Notes: generated by a model from the sequence alone, not told the origin. Counted from the stretch's first letter, positions 9,569-19,505 are shown. The stretch is DNA of 36,276 bases from a virus (IMGVR_UViG_3300027373_000206:1-36276), one strand, 5' to 3'. Made by a program: numbers and translations.

Positions 9569-11044
9569 CTATACTTGAGTATTAGTGAGTCTGTTATCTT
9601 CTGATACATTCTGCTGTTTTTCAATTGCAGAGCGATAAAAACCAAGTCTAATACCAGACTTGTAAGCTTCCGGAAAGTTTAGTTTTATGGCATAATTGAT
9701 GTCCCTGCATACAACATCCTCTGGAATAGTAAGTCCATTCAGATATATCATGTAATTATAATGAGCATCAGCTCCGGACTTGGAAATAACGCCATCTTTG
9801 GAAATGTTTGAAATTGAGGAATCTATACCCTTTGCAGAAGTAATTACTTCATCAGCTCTTTTGTCGTAAGTCGTGTGCGCTTCAATATACTCCTTAGATT
9901 TATTAGGTATCTCTTCAATTCTCCAACGTTCCTCCTGACCTTCGCTATTTGTGAAGCTATAAGAAGCATACAATTTGCCTTGGTTCTTCCCAGCTCCGGA
10001 GAGATAGTTTGCCAATTTTCGCAGCTCTTTTGTTGTGTATTCAGCAATCAACCCCTCATGGTATTCAGTGCCAACTTCCATAACGTCTGTATCTGAAAAC
10101 TTAATGACAAGTAGTGATTGCTTGTCAGATTTTCTCTCTGAATTTGTATTACACATATCCTTAAGCATCTCTATCTTAGACTGTACCCATGCATTGGGAA
10201 TGATTATATGAAGCCTTGCTGAGATGGCATTTTCAAGGAAACTATTGATATATTCCGGAGTTCTGTTGGACCCAATTACCCATGCTTTAATCCCTCGGAA
10301 GAACACATTAAATGCATAGATCTCTTCGCCATGACTTGGATTTTTAGAGTAACTTATTGCTGTAGAGTGAGCAAACGGATTAGTATAATCAAATCTGTTA
10401 TATACCTTATACTCTTTCCCTGGTTGAGTCCAGTTGCCTATAATAACGTGTTTAAATTCATTATCTTCAAAATCTGTTCTATTGATAGTATCAGATGTTG
10501 TTGCCAACCTAGCCCTGAGATTGGAAACATGTTCTAAACCAGCTATTTTCTTCAGACCTATTTTAACTCCTGAAGCTAATCTCCATTTTGAAAATATTCC
10601 TTCATCATAGTAAAAAGATCTGATGGACTTATTGAAGTACGTCTTATAATCATCAGCCATACCATTCTCTAGCCATGAATCAAGCCAGTCTTGTATTTCA
10701 GTGTGTTCCACAAACTCCTTCCACACGTCCTTACCCTTACGCCTAGTAATGTAGAGAACTGGTCCAGTACCATAGAGCATGCGGATCTGTTTCTCTATTA
10801 GCTCAGGGAGAAGTCTATTTGAAGCAATCATTTCCTTTTGCTCATTAGGCTCAAGGTTATTGGCTCCTGCAGGGTAGACCTTATACTTATCTACTTTTAC
10901 AAGCTGTACATTACTACGACCAGTACTCTGTATAGAATCAGTGAAGAGCTCTTGTGCTTCTTGTAGAGTTTCTCCGATTTGATAAGTGAATGTGTCTGGA
11001 CCAGCTTTAATATATCCAAGACTATTTAATTTACTATTCTTCAT
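9569..11044 (-). CDS. Portal protein (491 aa)
   Basis: GANNLEP, LYGTG, LHIIIP and LSGAGKNQGK motifs; size and position fit. Confidence 0.8.
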   Translation of the reverse strand: MKNSKLNSLGYIKAGPDTFTYQIGETLQEAQELFTDSIQSTGRSNVQLVKVDKYKVYPAGANNLEPNEQKEMIASNRLLPELIEKQIRMLYGTGPVLYITRRKGKDVWKEFVEHTEIQDWLDSWLENGMADDYKTYFNKSIRSFYYDEGIFSKWRLASGVKIGLKKIAGLEHVSNLRARLATTSDTINRTDFEDNEFKHVIIGNWTQPGKEYKVYNRFDYTNPFAHSTAISYSKNPSHGEEIYAFNVFFRGIKAWVIGSNRTPEYINSFLENAISARLHIIIPNAWVQSKIEMLKDMCNTNSERKSDKQSLLVIKFSDTDVMEVGTEYHEGLIAEYTTKELRKLANYLSGAGKNQGKLYASYSFTNSEGQEERWRIEEIPNKSKEYIEAHTTYDKRADEVITSAKGIDSSISNISKDGVISKSGADAHYNYMIYLNGLTIPEDVVCRDINYAIKLNFPEAYKSGIRLGFYRSAIEKQQNVSEDNRLTNTQV

Positions 11045-11348
11045 TATTAAACCATTTTACTTTCTTCAATCTATAGTTGTCATGTGGCAGACCTATGTAT
11101 CTTATTAAATGTTTATAACAGGCTTTATTACCTTCAGAGCACTCAAACAAAAAATAATTATCACCATCTATATCCCACTTCTCATGTGGTAATTGTGACC
11201 TTGTTCTGCATCCTGATATTGTTCGAAGCTTAGTTGATGCTTCATTTTTAATTCGTGAATACTTAAAGAAGGAAATTGTAAAGCATCCACCAGCTCTTGT
11301 AATATCCTCAAGAGTTTTAATAGCTTTATATCCATCAATAGTTTCCAT
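11034..11348 (-). CDS. Hypothetical protein preceding portal (104 aa)
   Basis: ORF directly downstream of promoter copy 2; overlaps the portal start. Confidence 0.7.
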   Translation of the reverse strand: METIDGYKAIKTLEDITRAGGCFTISFFKYSRIKNEASTKLRTISGCRTRSQLPHEKWDIDGDNYFLFECSEGNKACYKHLIRYIGLPHDNYRLKKVKWFNNEE

Positions 11349-11352
11349 AGTC

Positions 11353-11388
11353 CAAATGTCTCATGTTATTTAATCATTGTAAAGGACA
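11353..11388 (-). promoter_or_regulatory. Putative phage late promoter, copy 2 (TGTCCTTT-N24-TTTG)
   Basis: Minus strand TGTCCTTT ACAATGATTAAATAACATGAGACA TTTG, then GACT-ATG. Confidence 0.75.
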
Positions 11389-11643
11389 TGCATTGCAATG
11401 TTTTCGATTGTATATAAACTCACACACTATCTGCTTTCGTAATAGATATGCTCTATATGCTACAACTCAAGCCCAATCATATTTCCCGCCTTTTTACATA
11501 TATGCATAGCATTTATAAAAATCAGCGCGTCGGTATCAGGAAGGTGTTTTTTTTAAACACCTTTGAACCCTTTTTCTTATAGATGCAATCTATCAAGGGG
11601 TTAGATAGTATTTTTATGTCACAACCATATCGTTTTATATATT
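11389..11643. other. Non-coding gap after terminase: candidate cos/pac region
   Basis: Largest gap in the late region. Perfect 9-bp inverted repeat 11541-11563, IHF-consensus TATCAAGGGGTTA 11591-11603, GC patch CAGCGCGTCGG 11523-11533. Confidence 0.4.
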
Positions 11644-13356
11644 TTATGTACTGATATTGTTTGGTAAATTGTTATAATTTCCACCTTTTGCCATTATCAA
11701 GAATTTTTCAAATTTGCCCCATAGCAAATAAAACATTCCCGAAGGTATCTGAGTGGATAAACCAGCCTGAAGGTTAAGTGGCAATTTAACTTCGCTAGAC
11801 TTATCAAGTTCAATCGGATTAGATCCTTTTTTAATTGGGGCTGAATAAATTGAAGAGATAAGGTTAGGACATTCATTGGCATCAATCATAATTTTTGGAA
11901 TAGCTTTATCATCTGGAGCAAAAAGTTTTAGCATGAGCTTGTAAAGCTCCCAATGAAAAATTGTTCTTTGGTTCAAGCTCATCAAACGTACTCTCCAGCC
12001 ATACTTTTCCAGTTCGTGTTTTAACTCTTTTGCATCTGTCTCGTGTTGTCGCTTTTGAGGCTTACGTTGGTTGCCGGCTCTGTCATAATATAAGTCTATG
12101 TTTCTGTTTCTGCGGTTGCACCAAAACTGATTAAATTCTCTGGCTAATTCTGGTAGATCTTGCGGAGAAAAAACAAAGTGCTCTTTCAATATCCTGTATT
12201 CATTATTTTTTCTGTTTTCCTGGGCAACAACAAAAGATGCAAAGGATCCAGGGTCAAATCCTAACTCTAATTTTTCATCAGGATTATAGTGTTTTAGATA
12301 CTCTGAAGTAATTCTAAAGTTGTCTTTGAGATTGAATTTCATTATTGACTCATATTTGTAAGAATCATCAAATGTGTGTGTTAATTCATCAAAATTGGCA
12401 ACAAACATGTTTTCTGCTTTCTTCTCTCGGACAGAACATATAGATGTTAAAAACTCCGATGGAGTGAGTAGTTTCTTTTGTGTAGCGAAATATTGGGGAC
12501 CAAGTACCTCCCGATTAATGAAAGTTGAAACACGCATATAGTATGTAGCCGCTTTTCTTGCCCTGTTTAAGATTGGAGTATATTTTGCCAAGCGTTTTTG
12601 CATTGCATCTACATTTTTACCTGTATGAATGTTATAAAGGGCATCATTTACGCACAAAGAAAGAGTCACAATTTCAGCAATAAGCTCTTCATTCATATTC
12701 TCCTCATATTCCTGAAACCAAGAGTCTTCTCCCAGGGATACCCTAGCAGTATCTGAGACACCAGTTACTCCCTGATAATAAATAGAAGCCTGTGTTTGAG
12801 AGATATTCTTTGTGAGCCTGCCAACACGCATTGCAGGGATAAGCCGGCTCTTTAATTTGGCTCCTTTATTGAGCTTCATTTCCTCCAAGAAAATGTGCAC
12901 GATGTTGGATCCGGCGATTGACTCCTGCTGATCAGTTGCGACTAGTCGAATGTTATGGCCATTAGCAAAGAATATTGTGTGTTCCGGATGCTCAGGTGCA
13001 TAACGTGGTTTTTGAAAGTGGCCAGGTAAGGTTTTCTCACCAACTACATAGTCAATCCCTTCTCTTAAAAGAGGCTTTTGTTCTTCTCCTCTGGGTTCAG
13101 AATAGAAAGCAATAATATTTGGGACGACGTTGGCTAACAATGCAACATAAGATTTATGGGCAAGAACTGATGTTTCCCTGGGGAGGTCCTTGGCAACACT
13201 GATTGTCCTGCGGCTTGTCACACCTTCTGTCTTCCCAGTACCCCGACCGGCTTCAACAATTACAGTGTTGCAGTCCACAATCTGAACAAGCATCTGCATG
13301 TTGTTCAAGTATAACTCTTCAAACTTATTATATTCTAATTCGTTATTCATCATCAA
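11644..13356 (-). CDS. terL: Terminase large subunit (570 aa)
   Basis: Walker A AGRGTGKT, Walker B IFLEE, RNase H-like nuclease motifs GFDPG and YYDRAG. Confidence 0.9.
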   Translation of the reverse strand: MMMNNELEYNKFEELYLNNMQMLVQIVDCNTVIVEAGRGTGKTEGVTSRRTISVAKDLPRETSVLAHKSYVALLANVVPNIIAFYSEPRGEEQKPLLREGIDYVVGEKTLPGHFQKPRYAPEHPEHTIFFANGHNIRLVATDQQESIAGSNIVHIFLEEMKLNKGAKLKSRLIPAMRVGRLTKNISQTQASIYYQGVTGVSDTARVSLGEDSWFQEYEENMNEELIAEIVTLSLCVNDALYNIHTGKNVDAMQKRLAKYTPILNRARKAATYYMRVSTFINREVLGPQYFATQKKLLTPSEFLTSICSVREKKAENMFVANFDELTHTFDDSYKYESIMKFNLKDNFRITSEYLKHYNPDEKLELGFDPGSFASFVVAQENRKNNEYRILKEHFVFSPQDLPELAREFNQFWCNRRNRNIDLYYDRAGNQRKPQKRQHETDAKELKHELEKYGWRVRLMSLNQRTIFHWELYKLMLKLFAPDDKAIPKIMIDANECPNLISSIYSAPIKKGSNPIELDKSSEVKLPLNLQAGLSTQIPSGMFYLLWGKFEKFLIMAKGGNYNNLPNNIST

Positions 13357-13975
13357 TTACCTCCTCGTGTTCAACATCAACTATGTTTGCTTCCCGGATG
13401 AGTCTCTTCTTTTCTTTATCAGTCGTTTCTAGTGAATTAATAAGATTTATATAGAAGCCGTCTTCATCCTTTTTAACGATATCATGCAAACTCTTTTTCT
13501 CGAATCCAAGATCTGTATGCTTTACTTTATTTGTGATAATGAAAATAGGCACTTGCCAATCTGTTACTTTGATTCTCTCTGCAGCTTTAGTCCTATATTC
13601 ATGAGCCTTATCGTAGCATCTTTTTGCTGCATCAATCTTATCCATGGCAATAGATAAACGAGCTAGATCTTCCATTTTATCTGCATAATAATTATCCCAA
13701 GCATCGACAGTAATTGTATCATCAATGTGAAAGAAATTCATTGCATCGTAATAAATGTCCCGAGCAGTGCTGTAGTTGAGATTGGGAAATTGTTTAAGCA
13801 AAGCTTTAACAACTCTGGTCATATTGGCTCCTTGATGATGAATAATAGATGGTACAGCATTTATCTTGATAATATAGTCCTGCAGATCTTCAGGAAGAGC
13901 TGCACTTCTGCGCGTCTTCAAAAAGTTCTGCAAAACATCTGGATCAAGGGTCTGTAATCTCTCAAGTTTATTCAT
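13343..13975 (-). CDS. Putative terminase small subunit (210 aa)
   Basis: Helical with HTH-like segment (LNYSTARDIYYDA), immediately upstream of terL. Confidence 0.5.
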   Translation of the reverse strand: MNKLERLQTLDPDVLQNFLKTRRSAALPEDLQDYIIKINAVPSIIHHQGANMTRVVKALLKQFPNLNYSTARDIYYDAMNFFHIDDTITVDAWDNYYADKMEDLARLSIAMDKIDAAKRCYDKAHEYRTKAAERIKVTDWQVPIFIITNKVKHTDLGFEKKSLHDIVKKDEDGFYINLINSLETTDKEKKRLIREANIVDVEHEEVIDDE

Positions 13976-14283
13976 ACTCCAAATAAGTCGTTTTTGAGTT
14001 CATTAATTTTGCGCATCCTTTGCCTATCTCTCAACTGCACCTCGGCATCCATATTACCTCCTTCAGCTTCTTTTAAAAGAGATACATCCATGTTATAATC
14101 ACCAATAGCAGATCCCATTTCATACATCTTTTTCAGAGGATGATCATCTGTCTCGATATCATCCAGAAAAATCTGTGCTTCATCTCTTGGCAGATCTAGA
14201 AGGGTAACTATCCGGGAAGGAGAATACTTCAAAGAAGCCCAGTTCCTAACTTTTACAAGAATATGGTTGTCATATGTTGCCAT
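13972..14283 (-). CDS. Small HTH-like packaging-region protein (103 aa)
   Basis: YSPSRIVTLLDL HTH-like start and YEMG...EAEGG terS-like pattern. Confidence 0.45.
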   Translation of the reverse strand: MATYDNHILVKVRNWASLKYSPSRIVTLLDLPRDEAQIFLDDIETDDHPLKKMYEMGSAIGDYNMDVSLLKEAEGGNMDAEVQLRDRQRMRKINELKNDLFGV

Positions 14284-15562
14284 TATACTCTTTTCCGTTT
14301 ATTGTTACCTGAATATTTGAATCAAACCTCTTCATCCGGTCAATAACCATTTGACAGTGTTTTGGAGTTATCTCCATTGCATAGCAATTTCTATGAAGCT
14401 GATGAGCTGCCACCATTGTTGTTCCAGATCCAATAAATGGATCATAAACTGAATCGTTTATAGCTGAGTTATTCATTATTGGCCTAGCCATACATTCAAT
14501 AGGTTTCTGAGTACCATGACCAGAAACACCCTCCCTCTCCCGTACGCTTTTTGATGATAGATTTTGGATATCCCATACAGACATTACATTTCTTGCACCT
14601 TGCCAGTTATGTCTCTGTCCCTTTCTCACTCCATACCAACACGATTCGTGTTTCCAATGGATGTCTCCCCTGGACATGGCACAAGTATTTTTGTTCCATA
14701 TTATTTGAGATATCAGGTTGAAACCAGCCTCCTCGATATCGGTGGCAAAAACGTGTGTAAAAAGAGCCCCATGCCATATGTATACTACATTACCCGGAAA
14801 GAGAACATATGCGTTGAACCAGGAAGGATTATCGTCATTAGCAACTTTACTTACTGATTTAATTTTACCTCCAACTTTAGCCCTCCAACTTGGATCATAA
14901 TTCACTCCATACGGAGGATCAGTTACCATAAGCATAGGCTTGGCTCCGGCTAATAACTTAGCTACATCTTCAGAACTAGTACTATCTCCACAAAGAAGGC
15001 GATGCTTTAGATTTCCTAGGGAAAATTCGATGATATCGCCAAGAACTATATTCGTTGGTAGATCTTCTGGCTCTTCGTAGTCATCTTGTTCAGCCTTCAG
15101 CTCTGGTTCATCAGAAAGCATGCTTGAAAAATCCATGTTGACTGGAGCCATGTCAAGATTAAACACAGATAGATCATCTGCAGAAATTTCATACTTATCA
15201 AAAAGGATTGTATCCGGATTTCGTTGTGCAAAAATGGAGTTCTGAGCAGCGATTTCTGCGACAGCATCTCTTTTGTCTTCTGCAAATATTGATTCATATG
15301 GAATAGGAGGGATATTATATCCCTGGCTTCGTAGCTCAGCAAGTGCCTTTTTTCTTTGATGAGCATCAATAATCCATTTTTTTCCTTCTTCATCAATCCA
15401 AACAAGAAATGAATACTTAAAACCACGCGTTAATATTAGATTTTGAAGCTTTTTATTCAGTTCGGGATCATGTATCTTAAAATCTTCTTGCAGGTCATAA
15501 AATTCCTCAAAATCGCATACAGGAAGGTTTCCTAAATTAAATACTCTAATTGTTTTTTCCAT
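14270..15562 (-). CDS. ParB-like N-terminal domain fused to N6A/N4C DNA methyltransferase (430 aa)
   Basis: IIDAHQR (ParB-like), TDPPY catalytic motif, HGTQKP, DPFIGSGTT SAM-binding motif (beta-class order). Confidence 0.9.
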   Translation of the reverse strand: MEKTIRVFNLGNLPVCDFEEFYDLQEDFKIHDPELNKKLQNLILTRGFKYSFLVWIDEEGKKWIIDAHQRKKALAELRSQGYNIPPIPYESIFAEDKRDAVAEIAAQNSIFAQRNPDTILFDKYEISADDLSVFNLDMAPVNMDFSSMLSDEPELKAEQDDYEEPEDLPTNIVLGDIIEFSLGNLKHRLLCGDSTSSEDVAKLLAGAKPMLMVTDPPYGVNYDPSWRAKVGGKIKSVSKVANDDNPSWFNAYVLFPGNVVYIWHGALFTHVFATDIEEAGFNLISQIIWNKNTCAMSRGDIHWKHESCWYGVRKGQRHNWQGARNVMSVWDIQNLSSKSVREREGVSGHGTQKPIECMARPIMNNSAINDSVYDPFIGSGTTMVAAHQLHRNCYAMEITPKHCQMVIDRMKRFDSNIQVTINGKEYNGNI

Positions 15563-16327
15563 TTTTTAACTCTTGTATTATTTCTGCCATTAAAGCGAGT
15601 TTTTCTGTGTGTTTACAAAGTTGACTTTGCCATTTTTGCTTATCAGTATCCTTTACTTTTTTTCTATTTAGGAATGATTTATACCTAGATACGTTATTGG
15701 CAACATTTTTATGCTCTTCTAAAAAAGCTGAAGGATCATTCTTAAGCATTAATAATAAACTGGTTTTGAGAGAGTTTTTTTGAATAAGAGGGTGTTGGTA
15801 TAAAAATTTGCCGAATTTATTGTAATGCTCTAACTCTTTAAAACAAAGTCTGTTTCTTATCCCTAATTCAGCAAACTCAATTATCTTAGAAGATGTAGGC
15901 TCTATCTCAATCTCTTTATCAAGCTCGCACAACCTGCGATAGCTATAGATCCTATCTGAATAGACTGTGTGAGCATCTCTGATGTCTTCTTTGATAAGGT
16001 TTGTCCAGTCAATGTTTTTATACTCCTCTTCTTTTGAAACTTTTTTTTTTCAGCTTTGGGGATTTGTGATGTTTTGATTTCTGGAGGAACATTATCCTTG
16101 ACTTCACTCATAGATTGACGGTTATTGATGATATTATCCTTTGATTCATATTCTAGTAGTAGAAAAAGAATATCAAAAGATAAGTCAGGTCTAGAGGCAC
16201 TTGCAGACCGTAAAAGCAATTTTTCGTTTGGCAAATACTTTCTCAATAATTGCTTATCTTTTTCTATATAAGCATCATTAGCTAGTTCTTTGGCTAGTGT
16301 ATTTTTTTCTTTAAAGGTTAAACTCAT
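15546..16327 (-). CDS. -1 frameshift fusion product (~260 aa), tail assembly chaperone GT-like
   Basis: GAA AAA AAA AAG at 16051-16040. The -1 frame is open from there (KVSKEEEYKNIDWTNL...) into ORF 15546..15932, which has only a TTG start. Confidence 0.7.
15902..16327 (-). CDS. Unshifted product (141 aa), tail assembly chaperone G-like
   Basis: ATG 16327 (MSLTFKEKN). The track start at 16363 falls inside the promoter TTTG. Confidence 0.65.
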   Translation of the reverse strand: MSLTFKEKNTLAKELANDAYIEKDKQLLRKYLPNEKLLLRSASASRPDLSFDILFLLLEYESKDNIINNRQSMSEVKDNVPPEIKTSQIPKAEKKKFQKKRSIKTLTGQTLSKKTSEMLTQSIQIGSIAIAGCASLIKRLR

Positions 16328-16360
16328 GGCTAGAAAATTTAATTTAACAACTTTGCAATG

Positions 16361-16396
16361 CAAACTTATCTATCCTTTATCTGTAGCCGAAGGACA
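16361..16396 (-). promoter_or_regulatory. Putative phage late promoter, copy 3 (TGTCCTTC-N24-TTTG)
   Basis: Ends in a perfect Bacteroidota -7 box TAAGTTTG; begins just after a terminator. Confidence 0.75.
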
Positions 16397-16399
16397 AAG

Positions 16400-16433
16400 A
16401 AAAAAGCTGCTGACATAACTGCCGGCAGCTTTT
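16400..16433 (-). terminator. Rho-independent terminator after tail tube gene
   Basis: GCTGCCGGC-agttat-GTCAGCAGC stem followed by a T run. Confidence 0.75.
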
Positions 16434-16457
16434 AAATAATTAATCAAAAACGAAACT

Positions 16458-17429
16458 TTACGCTGTCTGAACTCTTGACACCTCTACCAATGTCTCTGAG
16501 TCGAGCACTTTAAGAGTGAGTCTACTTCCTGCATTTGCTATCCAGGTAACATCACCTTTAAGCACAATAGCTGCGATAGAGTCAATGTGAGTTGGGTTAG
16601 CACCACCTCCTCCGACAATCTCAATAATTCTTCCCTCATCAGCAGCTGCCAGACCTGAGATAGTTGCAATTGTAGTCGCAGCTGTGTTTGCTCCTGTTTG
16701 ATATTGGTTAGCTGAAGTAATTGCAAGATTAGTTGCATTTGCAGCAATGGCTGCCGGTGACTCTTTAACTATTGCTCCAACATATTTCTGTGGCTGAAGG
16801 AAGCTGTTATTTTCAAAGGTAAATGAAACACTCCTTGACTCTTTGTTGTTAGTCCTGTCGAATGCTTTTAAAAGCATTGGTTTTAAATCATTTCCAATAA
16901 TGTAATATTGAGCATCAGAAGCCATTTGATAAATAATAATAAATCTATCACCGGCATGCTCTTCCATAAATCGCTGAAGCTGTCTGCGATATCCACCCAT
17001 TATAAATGTAAATGAATTGGTAACAGCTGTTGTTATCTCCCCTTTACTGCCGGTTGATTTATCTTCAAGAGAGTCGTCAACCGTCTCGAAATAATGCATA
17101 TATTCTCCATTTTTAAGAGGGATAGTTCCAACTTCTCCATTAGCGTTTGGTCGGGGAAACTGTACTGAATCATCAATTTGCCCTAGCTCAATTAACCAAA
17201 TTCTCGATGATATTTGAGCTCCTGCTGTCTCTCGATCGGAAACTCGACCAATATTACCTATTGCTGCCATCATGCAATATGAGACACCAGATCCTATCAC
17301 TCCAATACTTTCGAGAGTATTCATACCATAATCTATGGCAATAGAGCATGCGAAAAGCCCGATAACTGCAAATATAAATGTAGAAATGAGCATGAGTCTT
17401 CTTTTAAATTTATGCTTAAAACTTTTCAT
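16458..17429 (-). CDS. Putative major tail tube protein with hydrophobic leader and C-terminal accessory domain (323 aa)
   Basis: Beta-rich core (FIIIYQ...YYIIGN..PM) after the capsid gene and before the frameshift pair. Confidence 0.6.
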   Translation of the reverse strand: MKSFKHKFKRRLMLISTFIFAVIGLFACSIAIDYGMNTLESIGVIGSGVSYCMMAAIGNIGRVSDRETAGAQISSRIWLIELGQIDDSVQFPRPNANGEVGTIPLKNGEYMHYFETVDDSLEDKSTGSKGEITTAVTNSFTFIMGGYRRQLQRFMEEHAGDRFIIIYQMASDAQYYIIGNDLKPMLLKAFDRTNNKESRSVSFTFENNSFLQPQKYVGAIVKESPAAIAANATNLAITSANQYQTGANTAATTIATISGLAAADEGRIIEIVGGGGANPTHIDSIAAIVLKGDVTWIANAGSRLTLKVLDSETLVEVSRVQTA

Positions 17430-17458
17430 AAAAATTTTGTGTATTTATTTTTTGATTT

Positions 17459-17489
17459 GAAAAACAAAAGCAGGGACCGGAGTCCCTGC
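17459..17489 (-). terminator. Rho-independent terminator after capsid gene
   Basis: GCAGGGAC-TCCG-GTCCCTGC (8-bp stem, UNCG loop) then TTTTGTTTT. Confidence 0.85.
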
Positions 17490-17498
17490 CGGAGTTAT

Positions 17499-19505
17499 TT
17501 ATCCACGAGCTACCTCTAGGAATTTATTATTGGCTTTATCGTAGATTAATTTAATCCATTCACCAACTGCACTCGGTTGCCACGCCTCAGAGATAAGAGA
17601 AAACTTACCAGCTTTGGCAATATGTTGAGGGTTACTTGCAGAACCAACTTCAATCTTGTAAACTACTCCTTCTTCAGGATTTGTTATGTCTGTAAATGAA
17701 AGATTTGCCGGCTCAACATCTGGAGTATTGGCTTGTGTAATAAACCAGATGTTCTTTGAGCCATCTACTGTTGTTGCATCAGCAGCAAGTTTAGTAACAG
17801 GCTTATTGATGAAAATAGCCTGATCTTTTCTTCCTGCAGCTGTTAGAGCAGCTAAGGTTGGATAAGGCTTGCCAGCATAAGCAGCAGCTGTTCCTTCTTT
17901 CCATGTTGAGAATCCCCACACACTCTCCAGACGACGCTCAAAATATGTATTGTACATCTCACCAGGGATGTTCTCAAGTGCCTGTAAGTTGCCAAGCTCA
18001 GTTATCCACATGAACTTCAGATTGCCCATGTTTGGAACCCATACGATAGGAATATCGTAGTTCATTAACTTCATTTCGTCAGGACCGGTAAAATCCATGT
18101 CTTTTCCATAAGTAGCTCGATAGCTTTGTAGATACCAAGGCCTGTGCTTAAGGTTAAGATAAATTGCTTTACCTAGTAGGTTCGGGAGAAGTTGGTTCAC
18201 CTCTTCTGCAAACTGCTCAACAACAGATACCATTGTAGCTGCAGTATAAGTAGAGTAGTCTTCATCATCAAATGGTAGGATTTGATTATTTTCGATGTAC
18301 GAAATCAATCTATGAATTACACCTGTTGATGAATTCAAAAAATGGCCTTTAACACCAGCTGTAGGTTCGATTCTGTGTCCTAGGACGGTTCTTACATTGC
18401 GTTCGTTGTTTAGAACAGTAGCAATATTAAGTATCATCCACTCAATCATCTGCCATTTTACAGGGTCACTGCCGGCAGTGTTTAGATAACCGATATATTG
18501 AGTCTCGATCCACTTCATTGATTTGAAGAGAGTCTTGAACATCACGTCATGAACCTTTGCCTTTTCTGGAATAAGATCCATTCCTCCTTTAGAGAGTTCA
18601 CCTTCTTGGTAAGCTTGAGAAAATTCACCAAAGAATGCATTAGTGATCATATCACCATCTTGTACATTAGAGCGAAGAGGGAACACACTAAACACATTCG
18701 GTAAAGCAATAATCCTTGCAATAAGGGCATCTTGTCTTCTTACCAGGTATTGAGTACCTAGACCAGCATCAGCAAGACCTGAATAGTCGATTGAGCCATC
18801 GGTATTGAGAGATTTAACGTTAAGGAGGCCATTCTTATTAAGTTCTTGAATCCTTTTGCAAATATCCTTTCCATAGGCTTTGAACTCCTTCTGGAAGCTT
18901 TCGAATGACTCCTCGTCCGGATCTGACTGAAGAGAGATGTTTTTTCCATGCATAAGAATCTGGTTCCAGCGTTTCTCTGCAGCGAACATTGGATGTTCAA
19001 TACCAAATGCGTGCTTTGGAGTATGAAAGCCACCTAATCCAATAATAGCAATTTTTTTTGAATCAATTGGTTGATCAGGAGTCGCCTTTGAAGCAAGTGT
19101 TTTGACTTTGCTAGTAAGTTTTTTGTTGGTGTTCACAATTTTTTTGATTTTTTTACCAAGGTTTTTGGCTTTCTTCTTTGAATCATCCTCTTGATCTTCT
19201 TCCTCATCTTCATTCCCGTCTTCATTAGATGGATTTTCTTCTTCGTCCTCAGACTCCTCATCATCCTCTTCTTCTTCTTCAGTATCTACTTCTGCTGATG
19301 AAATAATTTTCATAGCATAATCGTATGCTTTAGCTTTACCAGCATCTTCGCTGTCTTCGTTAGCATCTGCGTAAAAGTCGCGGCCAAACGTTTCTTTATA
19401 AGAAGCTTGGATCTTTGTCCAATCCTCTTTTGAAAGAGTTTTACTCTTTGCCTTATCCATTAGACCTAGTGCAATAAGGACTTTTTGAAAATTCTTTTTA
19501 AACAT
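17499..19505 (-). CDS. Major capsid protein with N-terminal scaffold-like region (668 aa)
   Basis: Follows the protease; acidic/basic low-complexity N-terminus, FSQAYQ.G...KG core motif, own terminator. Confidence 0.75.
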   Translation of the reverse strand: MFKKNFQKVLIALGLMDKAKSKTLSKEDWTKIQASYKETFGRDFYADANEDSEDAGKAKAYDYAMKIISSAEVDTEEEEEDDEESEDEEENPSNEDGNEDEEEDQEDDSKKKAKNLGKKIKKIVNTNKKLTSKVKTLASKATPDQPIDSKKIAIIGLGGFHTPKHAFGIEHPMFAAEKRWNQILMHGKNISLQSDPDEESFESFQKEFKAYGKDICKRIQELNKNGLLNVKSLNTDGSIDYSGLADAGLGTQYLVRRQDALIARIIALPNVFSVFPLRSNVQDGDMITNAFFGEFSQAYQEGELSKGGMDLIPEKAKVHDVMFKTLFKSMKWIETQYIGYLNTAGSDPVKWQMIEWMILNIATVLNNERNVRTVLGHRIEPTAGVKGHFLNSSTGVIHRLISYIENNQILPFDDEDYSTYTAATMVSVVEQFAEEVNQLLPNLLGKAIYLNLKHRPWYLQSYRATYGKDMDFTGPDEMKLMNYDIPIVWVPNMGNLKFMWITELGNLQALENIPGEMYNTYFERRLESVWGFSTWKEGTAAAYAGKPYPTLAALTAAGRKDQAIFINKPVTKLAADATTVDGSKNIWFITQANTPDVEPANLSFTDITNPEEGVVYKIEVGSASNPQHIAKAGKFSLISEAWQPSAVGEWIKLIYDKANNKFLEVARG

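Noticed and set aside
19190-19290. TCTTCN-type microsatellite-like stretch
   Set aside because: Encodes the Asp/Glu-rich linker of the capsid N-terminus.
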